From the NCBI GenBank assembly GCA_048885525.1, contig JBHLLP010000006.1:1-64000 (forward strand): a DNA stretch of 64,000 nt, read 5' to 3'. The position numbers and the translations under genes are program-made. This stretch comes from Candidatus Hermodarchaeota archaeon. GTDB lineage: Archaea > Asgardarchaeota > Lokiarchaeia > Sigyniarchaeales > SOKP01. Under the pieces are notes generated by a model. The model worked only from the letters and a program-made list of their open reading frames with translations. It did no database searches and was not told the DNA's origin. Below are positions 37,125-45,997 of this stretch, piece by piece (positions within the stretch are counted from its first letter, which is position 1; the number at the start of each line of letters is the position of its first letter).

Positions 37125-38114
37125 ATGGCTAAAAAGGAGAATGAAAAAAGCTCTTATCACCCTCATGATTTAGTTTACTTTAAAACTGAAGAGGATAATG
37201 AAAGTAAGGCGATTAAAAGCTATTCATTTGAAAAGATTGACCAAGAAGATAAAATCAAACTTGTCAACAATTTTCAACCATTTGGAAGTCATTTTCAATT
37301 TTCAATACTTTTAGATAACCAAAGTTTTGCCCCTATAACAGATTTAAAAATTAAAATAAACATACCTAATTTCTTAACACTTTCAAGAGTGTATCCTCCT
37401 ACGATAGCTCTACCTCGTTTAATTTCTAACAAAGATTCTAATCATTTAACTCTAGAATTCGATGAGTTAAATGAGAAAAGTAATAAACAAATCCATCTAC
37501 ATTTTAATCCTAATGCTTTAGATAGGAAAGGAGAAATAAGAACAATTGTTTCTTATGTCAATAATAAGGATACTATACGAGTTCTTGATAGTAGACCTGC
37601 AGAAATAACCGTTGACAATATAAGCATTGAACCTAAGGTTGTTCCATCTAGTTTTATTAGAGATTTTTCTCAAACACCAGGGATTAAAAAAGCAATTAAA
37701 AGTATGGGTATTGCTATTGACCATGAAATTGATCCAGATATACATTTTGATATTTTAGAAAAAATCTTTTTGTTTAATAATTTTCAATTAGTCACTAAGG
37801 ATATAGAGAAAAAGATTTTATGGTATTTTGGAACTGAATCCTTATTAAAAGAAGATATCCTTGCTATTGGGCAAATTGTATCAAATAAAGTTGAAATTAT
37901 CGCCACATCTTTAAATCATTACCTTCTTGTTTCTTTTTTGACCTTAATCTCAAACGATTTTAAAGAGGGTTTATTATTAAATGGTATAATAAAATCAAAA
38001 GAACAAATTTTTGATTTAGAATGTAAATTTTGTGGAGCAACACTTCCATATTTACCAAATCAAGGTATTTCAATTGAATGTAAAAACTGTAATAATGAAC
38101 AAATCGTCTGGTAA
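37125..38114 (+). CDS. hypothetical protein: Ig-like sandwich, alpha/beta platform-like region, C-terminal zinc ribbon
   Basis: FSILLDNQSFAPITDLKIKINIP...EIRTIVSYVN; IEPKVVPSSFIRDF; CKFC...CKNC. Confidence 0.75.
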   Translation: MAKKENEKSSYHPHDLVYFKTEEDNESKAIKSYSFEKIDQEDKIKLVNNFQPFGSHFQFSILLDNQSFAPITDLKIKINIPNFLTLSRVYPPTIALPRLISNKDSNHLTLEFDELNEKSNKQIHLHFNPNALDRKGEIRTIVSYVNNKDTIRVLDSRPAEITVDNISIEPKVVPSSFIRDFSQTPGIKKAIKSMGIAIDHEIDPDIHFDILEKIFLFNNFQLVTKDIEKKILWYFGTESLLKEDILAIGQIVSNKVEIIATSLNHYLLVSFLTLISNDFKEGLLLNGIIKSKEQIFDLECKFCGATLPYLPNQGISIECKNCNNEQIVW

Positions 38115-38157
38115 GATTATTAATATTAATATCCAAATTTATTTGCTATGAGAAAAA

Positions 38158-38601
38158 ATGGATTATAAAGATATATTAAAAATACTTGCTCCATGTGGGC
38201 TTAATTGTTATAAGTGTTTTGCTAACTCTAATGGTCCAATAAGAAAGACTAGCTTAAAGCTGCTAGAATCCTTAGGTTCATTCGATATATATGCTGAAAG
38301 ATTTTCATCGTTTCTTCCCATATTCAAGGAATATCCATCTTTTAAAGCATTACTACAATATTTATCTGAAAAGAATTGTCAAGGATGTCGAGAGGGATCT
38401 TGTTTATACCCTGACTGTGGGGTAAGAGATTGCTATAAAGCTAAAAATGTCGATTTTTGTTACCAATGTAATGAGTTTCCTTGCCAAAAAACTAATTTCG
38501 ATCCTCATCTTGAGCAACGATGGAAACAAATAAATAATCGAATGAAAGAAATTGGAATTGAAGCATATTACCAAGAGACTAAGGATTTACCGAGATATTG
38601 A
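38158..38601 (+). CDS. DUF3795-like Cys-rich (Fe-S/metal-binding) protein
   Basis: APCGLNCYKC, CQGCR, C..RDC, FCYQCNEFPC. Confidence 0.88.
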   Translation: MDYKDILKILAPCGLNCYKCFANSNGPIRKTSLKLLESLGSFDIYAERFSSFLPIFKEYPSFKALLQYLSEKNCQGCREGSCLYPDCGVRDCYKAKNVDFCYQCNEFPCQKTNFDPHLEQRWKQINNRMKEIGIEAYYQETKDLPRY

Positions 38602-39106
38602 TTAGATAAGATTAACTGTTTTTTCATGAAAATTAATATCTAATTAATTTATTTATTCTAAACTTTATTTTATTTACTATAAAACGGGTTATAGTTTATT
38701 TAATCAATAAAAATTATTTTATTGCTACAATATTTAATAATAAAATTATATTTTTTATGTTATATAATATAAAAAAAATTATAATGCTACGTTTCAGAAT
38801 TTAATTCTTTTTTCTTTATTTTTTTCATATTTACCTTTTTTTAATAACTGAAAGATTATTGATAAGATAATACTACTTATACTTTCAATTTCATGCAAAA
38901 ATAATATTTCTATAAAAAAATCCTAACTTTCACGAGATTGATCATCTCAATAATTCTGAATTTTGTCGTTCAATTTTTTTCATTTTATTCTCCATAAAAC
39001 TAAGTATGAATGAAAATCTTTAAATATCTAAAAGATGTATATCTATATAACAAACTCTTAAAAAATAACAAATTTCTATAAAAATTATCAAAAATTATAA
39101 TATAGT

Positions 39107-39111
39107 GGAGG
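39107..39111 (+). promoter_or_regulatory. Shine-Dalgarno site of the histone gene
   Basis: GGAGG 8 nt upstream of the ATG at 39120. Confidence 0.7.
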
Positions 39112-39119
39112 AATAAAAA

Positions 39120-39329
39120 ATGTCCGAATATATTAGTTGGAGTCCTATTCGAAGATTAATGAAACACAATGGTGCAATTATTGTTGCTCGTGACGCAGTC
39201 GATGAATTAGTTGATTGGATGGGTCAATCAGCTGAAAAAATTACAAAAACTGCTTTAACTTTAACCAAGCATGCCAAGAGAAAGAAAGTAACTCGGGACG
39301 ACATTCTTTTAGCTATTAAATACTTCTAA
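39120..39329 (+). CDS. archaeal histone (tailless)
   Basis: PIRRLMK..GA..VARDA and HAKRKKVTRDDI histone-fold motifs; 69 aa. Confidence 0.95.
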   Translation: MSEYISWSPIRRLMKHNGAIIVARDAVDELVDWMGQSAEKITKTALTLTKHAKRKKVTRDDILLAIKYF

Positions 39330-39335
39330 ATAGGT

Positions 39336-39371
39336 AGATTTTTTAAAAAATCTCAATATATCTTTTTTTTT
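39336..39371 (+). terminator. palindrome plus T-tract downstream of the histone gene
   Basis: Perfect palindrome AGATTTTTT-AAAAAATCT (39336-39353) followed by a T9 run. Confidence 0.5.
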
Positions 39372-39489
39372 AATTCTATTCTGTTCCTCTAAATTTCTTC
39401 TATTTCCAACCCATTAATAAATAATACCTAAGGAAGTTTTAAATAATTATAAATTCAATATAATTTACAAATTTAATTTGTGATAAAAA

Positions 39490-40218
39490 TTGGATATAGA
39501 AGAGAAAATTGATCAATATTTAAAACTTAAACGAGGATTTAAACCACCAATTAATCCTCGTGAATCTGCTCTCATAATAATTGATATGCAAAATTATCAA
39601 GTGAGGGAAACATCTGCCGTCGTAGAATCCTTTGAAAAATCAATCCCGGGTTTAATTCAATATTTCATAAAGCGTGTCAATGAAATGGTGACTCCAAATA
39701 TAATAAGATTGTTAGAGTTCTTTAGAGAAAACAAAATCCCAATATATTATACCAAATTTGCTTCTCGTAGAAAGGATCGTAAAGATTATCATAATAATAT
39801 ACATGCATATAATCAAATCTTCGAAAATATGTTTGGAAAATATATTTTTCCATCTATTCAAGAACCCATTGCAGATATTGTCCCTGAATTAAAACCAGAA
39901 GAAGATGATATCATTATTCTTAAAACCACCAATGGAACATTTAGTTCAACCGATTTAGAGCATCAATTAAGAAATTTAGGAATTAAGACAGTAATAATTG
40001 TTGGAGTTGTTACACATATATGTGTTGAGAATACAGCAAGAAGCGCATTTGATTTAGGATTTAATGTTTATGTCGTTGATGATGCCTGTGCGGGATGGTC
40101 TCCAAATTTACACAATGCCGCATTGAGAGGGATGGAGTTATTCTTTACGAATATTATTAATACTGATGAGCTTCTCAAGACTTTAAACAAACAGTTGAAA
40201 AAGCTTAAAAAAAGCTAA
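39490..40218 (+). CDS. isochorismatase-family cysteine hydrolase
   Basis: IIDMQN, K...GTFSST, GVVTHICVENTARSAFD, DDAC. Confidence 0.93.
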   Translation: MDIEEKIDQYLKLKRGFKPPINPRESALIIIDMQNYQVRETSAVVESFEKSIPGLIQYFIKRVNEMVTPNIIRLLEFFRENKIPIYYTKFASRRKDRKDYHNNIHAYNQIFENMFGKYIFPSIQEPIADIVPELKPEEDDIIILKTTNGTFSSTDLEHQLRNLGIKTVIIVGVVTHICVENTARSAFDLGFNVYVVDDACAGWSPNLHNAALRGMELFFTNIINTDELLKTLNKQLKKLKKS

Positions 40219-40688
40219 TTTTCTTTATTCTTGAATTTTATTTTTTTATAAAATATCTTTCTAATAACTATAATCATATAACCAGCTGGAATTGAAATAC
40301 CCAATCCCCAAAATGGAGTTTTAAATATTAATATGATACTTCCAATTGGATAGAGAAACCGAATCAGGAATTTTATTTTTCGATTTCTAAATGCTTTTTT
40401 TCTCATAATTTGAATTGAATATTGTAAAATTGAAGGAATCCAGCAAACTAAAAAAATTGTGAGAATTATTGGTAAATTAATAAAATTTATAATATAAAAA
40501 TAAAATATATTGCAAAATACTAATGCTAGAACAGCACCTAAACCAAAAGAAAAGCATCCTATACAGATCGCAAGGTTAAATATATAAAGAACATGATCAT
40601 TGAAATCTGGGCGATTTGGGTTATGGTGTGCTAACCAATTGATTATTATTCTTTTATCCTCTTGAATATCTTCTTTTTCGTTATGCAT
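40215..40688 (-). CDS. DUF2085-like membrane protein
   Basis: AHH.P....H...ICIGC motif followed by TM helices. Confidence 0.65.
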   Translation of the reverse strand: MHNEKEDIQEDKRIIINWLAHHNPNRPDFNDHVLYIFNLAICIGCFSFGLGAVLALVFCNIFYFYIINFINLPIILTIFLVCWIPSILQYSIQIMRKKAFRNRKIKFLIRFLYPIGSIILIFKTPFWGLGISIPAGYMIIVIRKIFYKKIKFKNKEN

Positions 40689-40778
40689 GTTTCTATTTAA
40701 TCTGAGTTATGATTAATATAATGATAATTTAGTAGCAAAAAAGAGATTGGTTTTTTTTAAACGGTGGGAAAAATATAA

Positions 40779-41195
40779 TTACGAGCAATCACAATCACCA
40801 CAATCGCAACCACTACAATCACAACCTCCTCCCCCATATGATCTTCCTCGCCGTCTCCCAGTTCCGCATGCAGTAGATGCTATACAACAAATTACAACAG
40901 CACCTATAACAAGTAAGGTTATTCCTGTGCTAGGTGATCCATATAGTGTTTGAGTTCCAAAATAAATTAAGATAATTCCGACAACTACAACAAGAAGAAC
41001 AGCTATAGCAACTCCACCCGTGTTTTTTATTGGTTTTGAAGGGATATAAGGGGTTTCTGGATATGGTGCTTGTGGTGTTGGTGTTGATTCTGTTTGGCTA
41101 AAATAAGGGCTAGTGGTATTACCAGTTGGTTTGGCGCAAAAAGGACAAAATTTTGCTTCATCGGGTATTTCTGTGCCACAATTAGTACAATACAT
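40779..41195 (-). CDS. zinc-ribbon two-TM protein with Cys-rich C-terminal tail
   Basis: CTNCG...CPFC; Pro-rich linker; two TM helices; tail GGGGCDCSGCDCGDCDCS. Confidence 0.85.
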   Translation of the reverse strand: MYCTNCGTEIPDEAKFCPFCAKPTGNTTSPYFSQTESTPTPQAPYPETPYIPSKPIKNTGGVAIAVLLVVVVGIILIYFGTQTLYGSPSTGITLLVIGAVVICCIASTACGTGRRRGRSYGGGGCDCSGCDCGDCDCS

Positions 41196-41309
41196 TTTAT
41201 TTTCTCATTATTTTATCAAATTTGATATAAAATAAAAGAAGATACACAATAAATTAAATATAAATGAATTAATGTTATGCTAATTGAATTTCTATAAATA
41301 AGTAATAGT

Positions 41310-41858
41310 TCATTTTTTAAGCTTATAATCTAACCACCAATCAATTTTTAGAGGATCTCTTTTAAATTTAACAAAAGAAATTGCTTCTCCAGTAATATAA
41401 TAAGGTTTTTCTTCTGTTATTAAAATCTCTTCTTTGATAATATCAATTGCTCTAGGTAAATTTTCCATTTGAATGTTTATTCCTAAAGTACAATGTGGAA
41501 TCCATGTTATCGGAGAAGATTTAGTTTTAAAATTTTTAAAGAGATTATATGCTTTTTGTTGAAAATTTAATAACTCTATAGATGCTTTCGGATTTAAAAA
41601 TAGGACACTTTCTTCAGAAGGGAAGTATCCAATACTACTTATTTGAATTTTAAATGGTTTTGTTTCAATAGAAAAAAGAAGTAATCTTTCTTTAACGATA
41701 TTAATATCAATATTTTCATAGATAGATAGAGTTATATGAGGTTTCATTTTTACATCATGAAGTATTGGACTAATATTTTCATTCTTAAACCGCCTAAAAA
41801 TATAAGTTATGATATGATTACTCTCTTCATCAAAAGTTAGAACAATTGCATATGGCAT
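41310..41858 (-). CDS. 2H phosphoesterase (2'-5' RNA ligase superfamily)
   Basis: Two HxT motifs: PHITL and PHCTL. Confidence 0.88.
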   Translation of the reverse strand: MPYAIVLTFDEESNHIITYIFRRFKNENISPILHDVKMKPHITLSIYENIDINIVKERLLLFSIETKPFKIQISSIGYFPSEESVLFLNPKASIELLNFQQKAYNLFKNFKTKSSPITWIPHCTLGINIQMENLPRAIDIIKEEILITEEKPYYITGEAISFVKFKRDPLKIDWWLDYKLKK

Positions 41859-42105
41859 AATTATACACTCTATAAGACCAATTAATAAATATTTTGGAAA
41901 TATAGAAAGATTGAATGAAATACATTAAATATTTCTAAATAAGTAGATTTTTTGAGCTTTTTTCTGCCTATGGTTTTTCTTTATTTGTTCTTTTAAAATT
42001 TTCCAAGGATACAAAAATTAATAGATTTCAATATCTTATTTTATTATACAATATTGTAAATATTGGAATCCAATTTATTAAAATTAATTAAAATGAATAT
42101 GTGAA

Positions 42106-42552
42106 TTGAATATGAATGTTAAAGAAAGATTTTTGGATATTGCTGCCATCTTGCTTTTATATACTATTGCAACTATGTTAATTTTTGGCTTTATTGATGC
42201 AATTTCTGGGACATTAATGCCTTATGAATTTACTTATTTGGGACAGACGGAAGCTAGCATAATTGCTTTTGATCCAGAAGTTTGGGAGATTCTTAGCGGT
42301 TATATCAGAATAGTAGGATATACTTTTATTAGCTTTGGAGTTATTCTTGTGATTGTGATTTTATTTGCTTTTCGAAAGAAAGAGAAATGGGCTTGGATAG
42401 TAGCTGTTTGGGGGTCTCTGTCATTAGATATTCCTTTCTTGATAATTCTTGCTACTACAATGAATCTTCCATTTTATCTTATACTGACTAATCTGATCGT
42501 CCAAGTAGTAGCCTTGGGTATTTCTTTTAAAGAATTTTTTGGAGCTGAATAA
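42106..42552 (+). CDS. four-TM hypothetical membrane protein
   Basis: Hydrophobic helices; FRKKEKWAW motif. Confidence 0.75.
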   Translation: MNMNVKERFLDIAAILLLYTIATMLIFGFIDAISGTLMPYEFTYLGQTEASIIAFDPEVWEILSGYIRIVGYTFISFGVILVIVILFAFRKKEKWAWIVAVWGSLSLDIPFLIILATTMNLPFYLILTNLIVQVVALGISFKEFFGAE

Positions 42553-42631
42553 AAAATTAAAGATATTGGTATTTCACCATAATTTAACAATATCAAAAAT
42601 TTTTTTTTTTATTAATATTTTTTAAAGTTGA

Positions 42632-43645
42632 ATGAGAGAAGTTTATCCCAATATTTTTCTAATAAAGGAAAAAGGGACTTTTGGAGCAATAAAACCACCG
42701 GAAAATATTTATGTTTTAGCTGGTTCAGATGGTATAATTTTTGATGCTGGATACGGAACCAAAAAAGCTGTAAAGCATTTAATTACAGAAATTAAAAAAA
42801 TAGAAAAAATCTATAAAGAACAACACAAACAGTTTAAACTTACAAGGATTATCGTATCGCATTGCCACCCAGATCATTTTAGTGGTTTAAAAAGAATAAG
42901 AGAGGCTTTAGGAATAAAGATCTCGCTCACAAAAAAAAGTGCTGAAATTATAAAGGATAAAAATAGTTTCATAAAAAGTTTTGAAACAGATGCATACAAA
43001 GATTACATGAGAGTTAGGAAAAAGTTAACTCGAAGAATAATAAATGTATTAAGAAACGTTGGTTCAAGACTATTTTATCAACGTATATATGGTGTTTCTT
43101 ATATAGATAATCCGGAAGAAATTGTCGATAGCAATACAGAGATCATAATAAATGGAGAGGTATGGCAAATTTTTCCTTCACCTGGACATGCTATTGATCA
43201 TATTTCTCTTTATAATAAGGAAAAAGGTGTATTATTCTCTGGAGATAATATTTTAAAGTCTATTACTACTTGGCTTGGCCCTCCAAATTGTGATTTAGCA
43301 GAATATGTTAATTCTATTAAAAAGATCCAGAAATTATCTAACCTCAAATTAGTACTTGCAGCTCATGGAAGCCCTATAGAAAATCCTAAAGACAGGATTG
43401 CAGAAATTTTATCACATAGAAAGGAGAGAGAAGAACAAGTTCTCGATATAATTCATGATAATTCAACCAATGGAATTACTCCAAAAGATATAATTAAAGC
43501 TATTTATCCTCAGGATAGTAGATTTCTACATCAAGTTGCTCGTGGTTGGATTGTTTTAACTTTAAAAATGTTAGAAGAGAAGGGCTTAATAAAACGGCAA
43601 GATACAAAAAGAGAGATACTATTTTTCCCGGTTGAAAAGAATTAA
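42632..43645 (+). CDS. MBL-fold metallo-hydrolase with C-terminal winged helix (LACTB2-like)
   Basis: SHCHPDH, PGHAIDH, SGD, AHG. Confidence 0.9.
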   Translation: MREVYPNIFLIKEKGTFGAIKPPENIYVLAGSDGIIFDAGYGTKKAVKHLITEIKKIEKIYKEQHKQFKLTRIIVSHCHPDHFSGLKRIREALGIKISLTKKSAEIIKDKNSFIKSFETDAYKDYMRVRKKLTRRIINVLRNVGSRLFYQRIYGVSYIDNPEEIVDSNTEIIINGEVWQIFPSPGHAIDHISLYNKEKGVLFSGDNILKSITTWLGPPNCDLAEYVNSIKKIQKLSNLKLVLAAHGSPIENPKDRIAEILSHRKEREEQVLDIIHDNSTNGITPKDIIKAIYPQDSRFLHQVARGWIVLTLKMLEEKGLIKRQDTKREILFFPVEKN

Positions 43646-43792
43646 ATTTTTCATATCCTTAATTAAAATAGAAATTACTAGCTTATTGCTAAATTAATAA
43701 ATAAATTCTATAAATTAGAAGTCAAAATAATATTATAAAAATTTTACAGCGATATTATTTTTAAAAGTAATTATTCTATAGTAAATTTTAAT

Positions 43793-45946
43793 ATGCAAAA
43801 AGAGCCTCTACAATATATAAATGGACTATTTTTAAAAAAAAATCAAATTTTGTGGAGAGATTATCAAAGAAATATTGTTAATAGCTGTAAAAATAAAAAT
43901 TCTTTAGTTGTTTTACCAACAGGTTTAGGAAAAACAATTATAGGTATTTTATTAATTTCTCATTGCTTGAAAAAATATTCAAAAGCAAAAATTATTATTC
44001 TTGCTCCTACGCGACCATTAGTTTCACAGCATAGGGCTTCATGTAAGAGATTTCTTGACATTGATTTAGAAAATATTACTTCATTTACAGGAAAAATATC
44101 TCCAGAAAAAAGAATCCTATTATTTAAAAGTTCAAGAATAATAATATCTACACCACAAGTAATCAAAAATGATTTGATGAGAGGCAGATATGAATTAAGT
44201 AAAGTATCATTAATAATATTCGATGAAGCTCATAAGACTAAAGGAAATTATGCGTACAATTTTATTTCAGAAGAATATATTAATAATTGTACAGATCCCT
44301 TAATCTTAGGATTAACAGCCTCACCAGGAAAGGATTATGAACACATTCAACAAATATGTGATAACTTATATATTGAGAATATCGTTTTTAAAAGTTATCA
44401 AGATAAAGACGTTAAGGATTATATTTATGACATCGATACTTATATCAATTTAATTGATTTACCCGTTAAAATAAGGGAATTAAGTGCTGTTTGGTATAAT
44501 TTATTTGAAATTTATTTAAGATTTTTTATAAAGAATAATTTAATTCCCCCAAATAAACCATTTTATTCAAAATTAGATTTTTTAGGAATATCTCGTGATT
44601 TAACAATTTCTTTACACTATGAAAAAGATAATCAATTTGATTTATCTGAAGATGAATATTTAGATTGTTTATATTACAAATCTCCAAAAATAATTGATAT
44701 CGTTAAAGAAAATCAACTTGATATTCCTTCTGTATACTCTTATTGTTCAAGTTGTATATCCATACTTCATGCTAAAGATTTGTTAGAAACACAAGATATA
44801 TCTCTCTTTAAATCTTTTTTAGATAAAATTAAGTATAAAACAGATAAAGATATCTTATCAGCTAAAAGAATTGTGAATTCAGAGCATTTTAATCACATCA
44901 TTTCTGTAATTGAAAATGAAGAACAAATTACTCTTTCTCATCCTAAATTAAAACAGATTAATTCCATAATTAAAGAGGAAATTGAAGAATTTAGTAATAA
45001 AAAAATTCTGATCTTTACACAATACCGTGAAATGGCAGAACTTCTTAAGAAAAAGTTGCAAAAGGACTTTTATGGACAACTTAAAATTGAAAAATTTATT
45101 GGCCAAGCAACTAAAAAAGAAGATTATGGATTTCCCCAAAGTTTACAAATAGAGATCTTACAAAAATTCAGAGATGGAGATATAAATATATTGATTGCCA
45201 CAAGTGTCGCTGAAGAAGGATTAGATATCCCAAATGTGGATGCCATTATTTTTTTCGAACCTATTCCTTCAGAAATCCGATTAATTCAAAGACGAGGAAG
45301 AACTGGAAGATATTCTCCGGGAAGGTGTTATATACTTATAACTGAAGAATCAGTTGATATCCCATTTCATATTGTTGCTAGACGAAAAGAACATTCAATG
45401 AACTCAGTATTATCTAATCAAAAGCAATTGAAATTAATAAGTACTTTAGAACGCGAAAGAATTGATTTCTCTATCCAAAAAAATCAATATGTTGACTCAC
45501 AATTTACAAAAAATTTTAGAGAAAGAAAAGATTTAGAAGAAATTTATTTAGCAAACCATTCTATCGAAGAAATTATTACCCAAATAGATAATTTCTGTAA
45601 TAGTGAAGATTATAAAAATCTTAGAGATTGTGGAATAACATTTTATTCAGATTTTATAAAGTTTGATAAACATTTCTTAAAAGAAAAAATTATAAAATTT
45701 AAAAAAAGAAGATTAAAGTCACCTAATCACCAAAAAGTCTATTTAAATAAACATATAAAAGCATTGATAAATATAGTTAAAATCTTTGGCATTAATGGAT
45801 TATTAGACTACAAAAAATTTCAAGAACTTGCACGTGATGAAGATATCATTGATCAAAAGTTTAATACCCATTTCAACCAAGCATGTTTTCTTGGATATCT
45901 TAGAAAACTAGATAATTCTGTCCAATTTATTATGGATTATGATTAA
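43793..45946 (+). CDS. hef: Hef/FANCM/Mph1-family SF2 helicase
   Basis: LPTGLGKT, DEAH, GLTASPG, ATSVAEEGLDIP, QRRGRTGR. Confidence 0.92.
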   Translation: MQKEPLQYINGLFLKKNQILWRDYQRNIVNSCKNKNSLVVLPTGLGKTIIGILLISHCLKKYSKAKIIILAPTRPLVSQHRASCKRFLDIDLENITSFTGKISPEKRILLFKSSRIIISTPQVIKNDLMRGRYELSKVSLIIFDEAHKTKGNYAYNFISEEYINNCTDPLILGLTASPGKDYEHIQQICDNLYIENIVFKSYQDKDVKDYIYDIDTYINLIDLPVKIRELSAVWYNLFEIYLRFFIKNNLIPPNKPFYSKLDFLGISRDLTISLHYEKDNQFDLSEDEYLDCLYYKSPKIIDIVKENQLDIPSVYSYCSSCISILHAKDLLETQDISLFKSFLDKIKYKTDKDILSAKRIVNSEHFNHIISVIENEEQITLSHPKLKQINSIIKEEIEEFSNKKILIFTQYREMAELLKKKLQKDFYGQLKIEKFIGQATKKEDYGFPQSLQIEILQKFRDGDINILIATSVAEEGLDIPNVDAIIFFEPIPSEIRLIQRRGRTGRYSPGRCYILITEESVDIPFHIVARRKEHSMNSVLSNQKQLKLISTLERERIDFSIQKNQYVDSQFTKNFRERKDLEEIYLANHSIEEIITQIDNFCNSEDYKNLRDCGITFYSDFIKFDKHFLKEKIIKFKKRRLKSPNHQKVYLNKHIKALINIVKIFGINGLLDYKKFQELARDEDIIDQKFNTHFNQACFLGYLRKLDNSVQFIMDYD

Positions 45947-45997
45947 ATGTTCAGAAAGTGGAATATTTAAAAATCTAAATCAATAAAATTTTAATTA

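Noticed and set aside
38602-39119. Replication origin in the long AT-rich gap
   Set aside because: No ORB-like repeats visible and no adjacent cdc6/orc1 gene.
40747-40953. + strand ORF with QSQ/QSP repeats
   Set aside because: Antisense reading of the CDC-repeat tail of the zinc-ribbon membrane protein, which has the coherent domain architecture.
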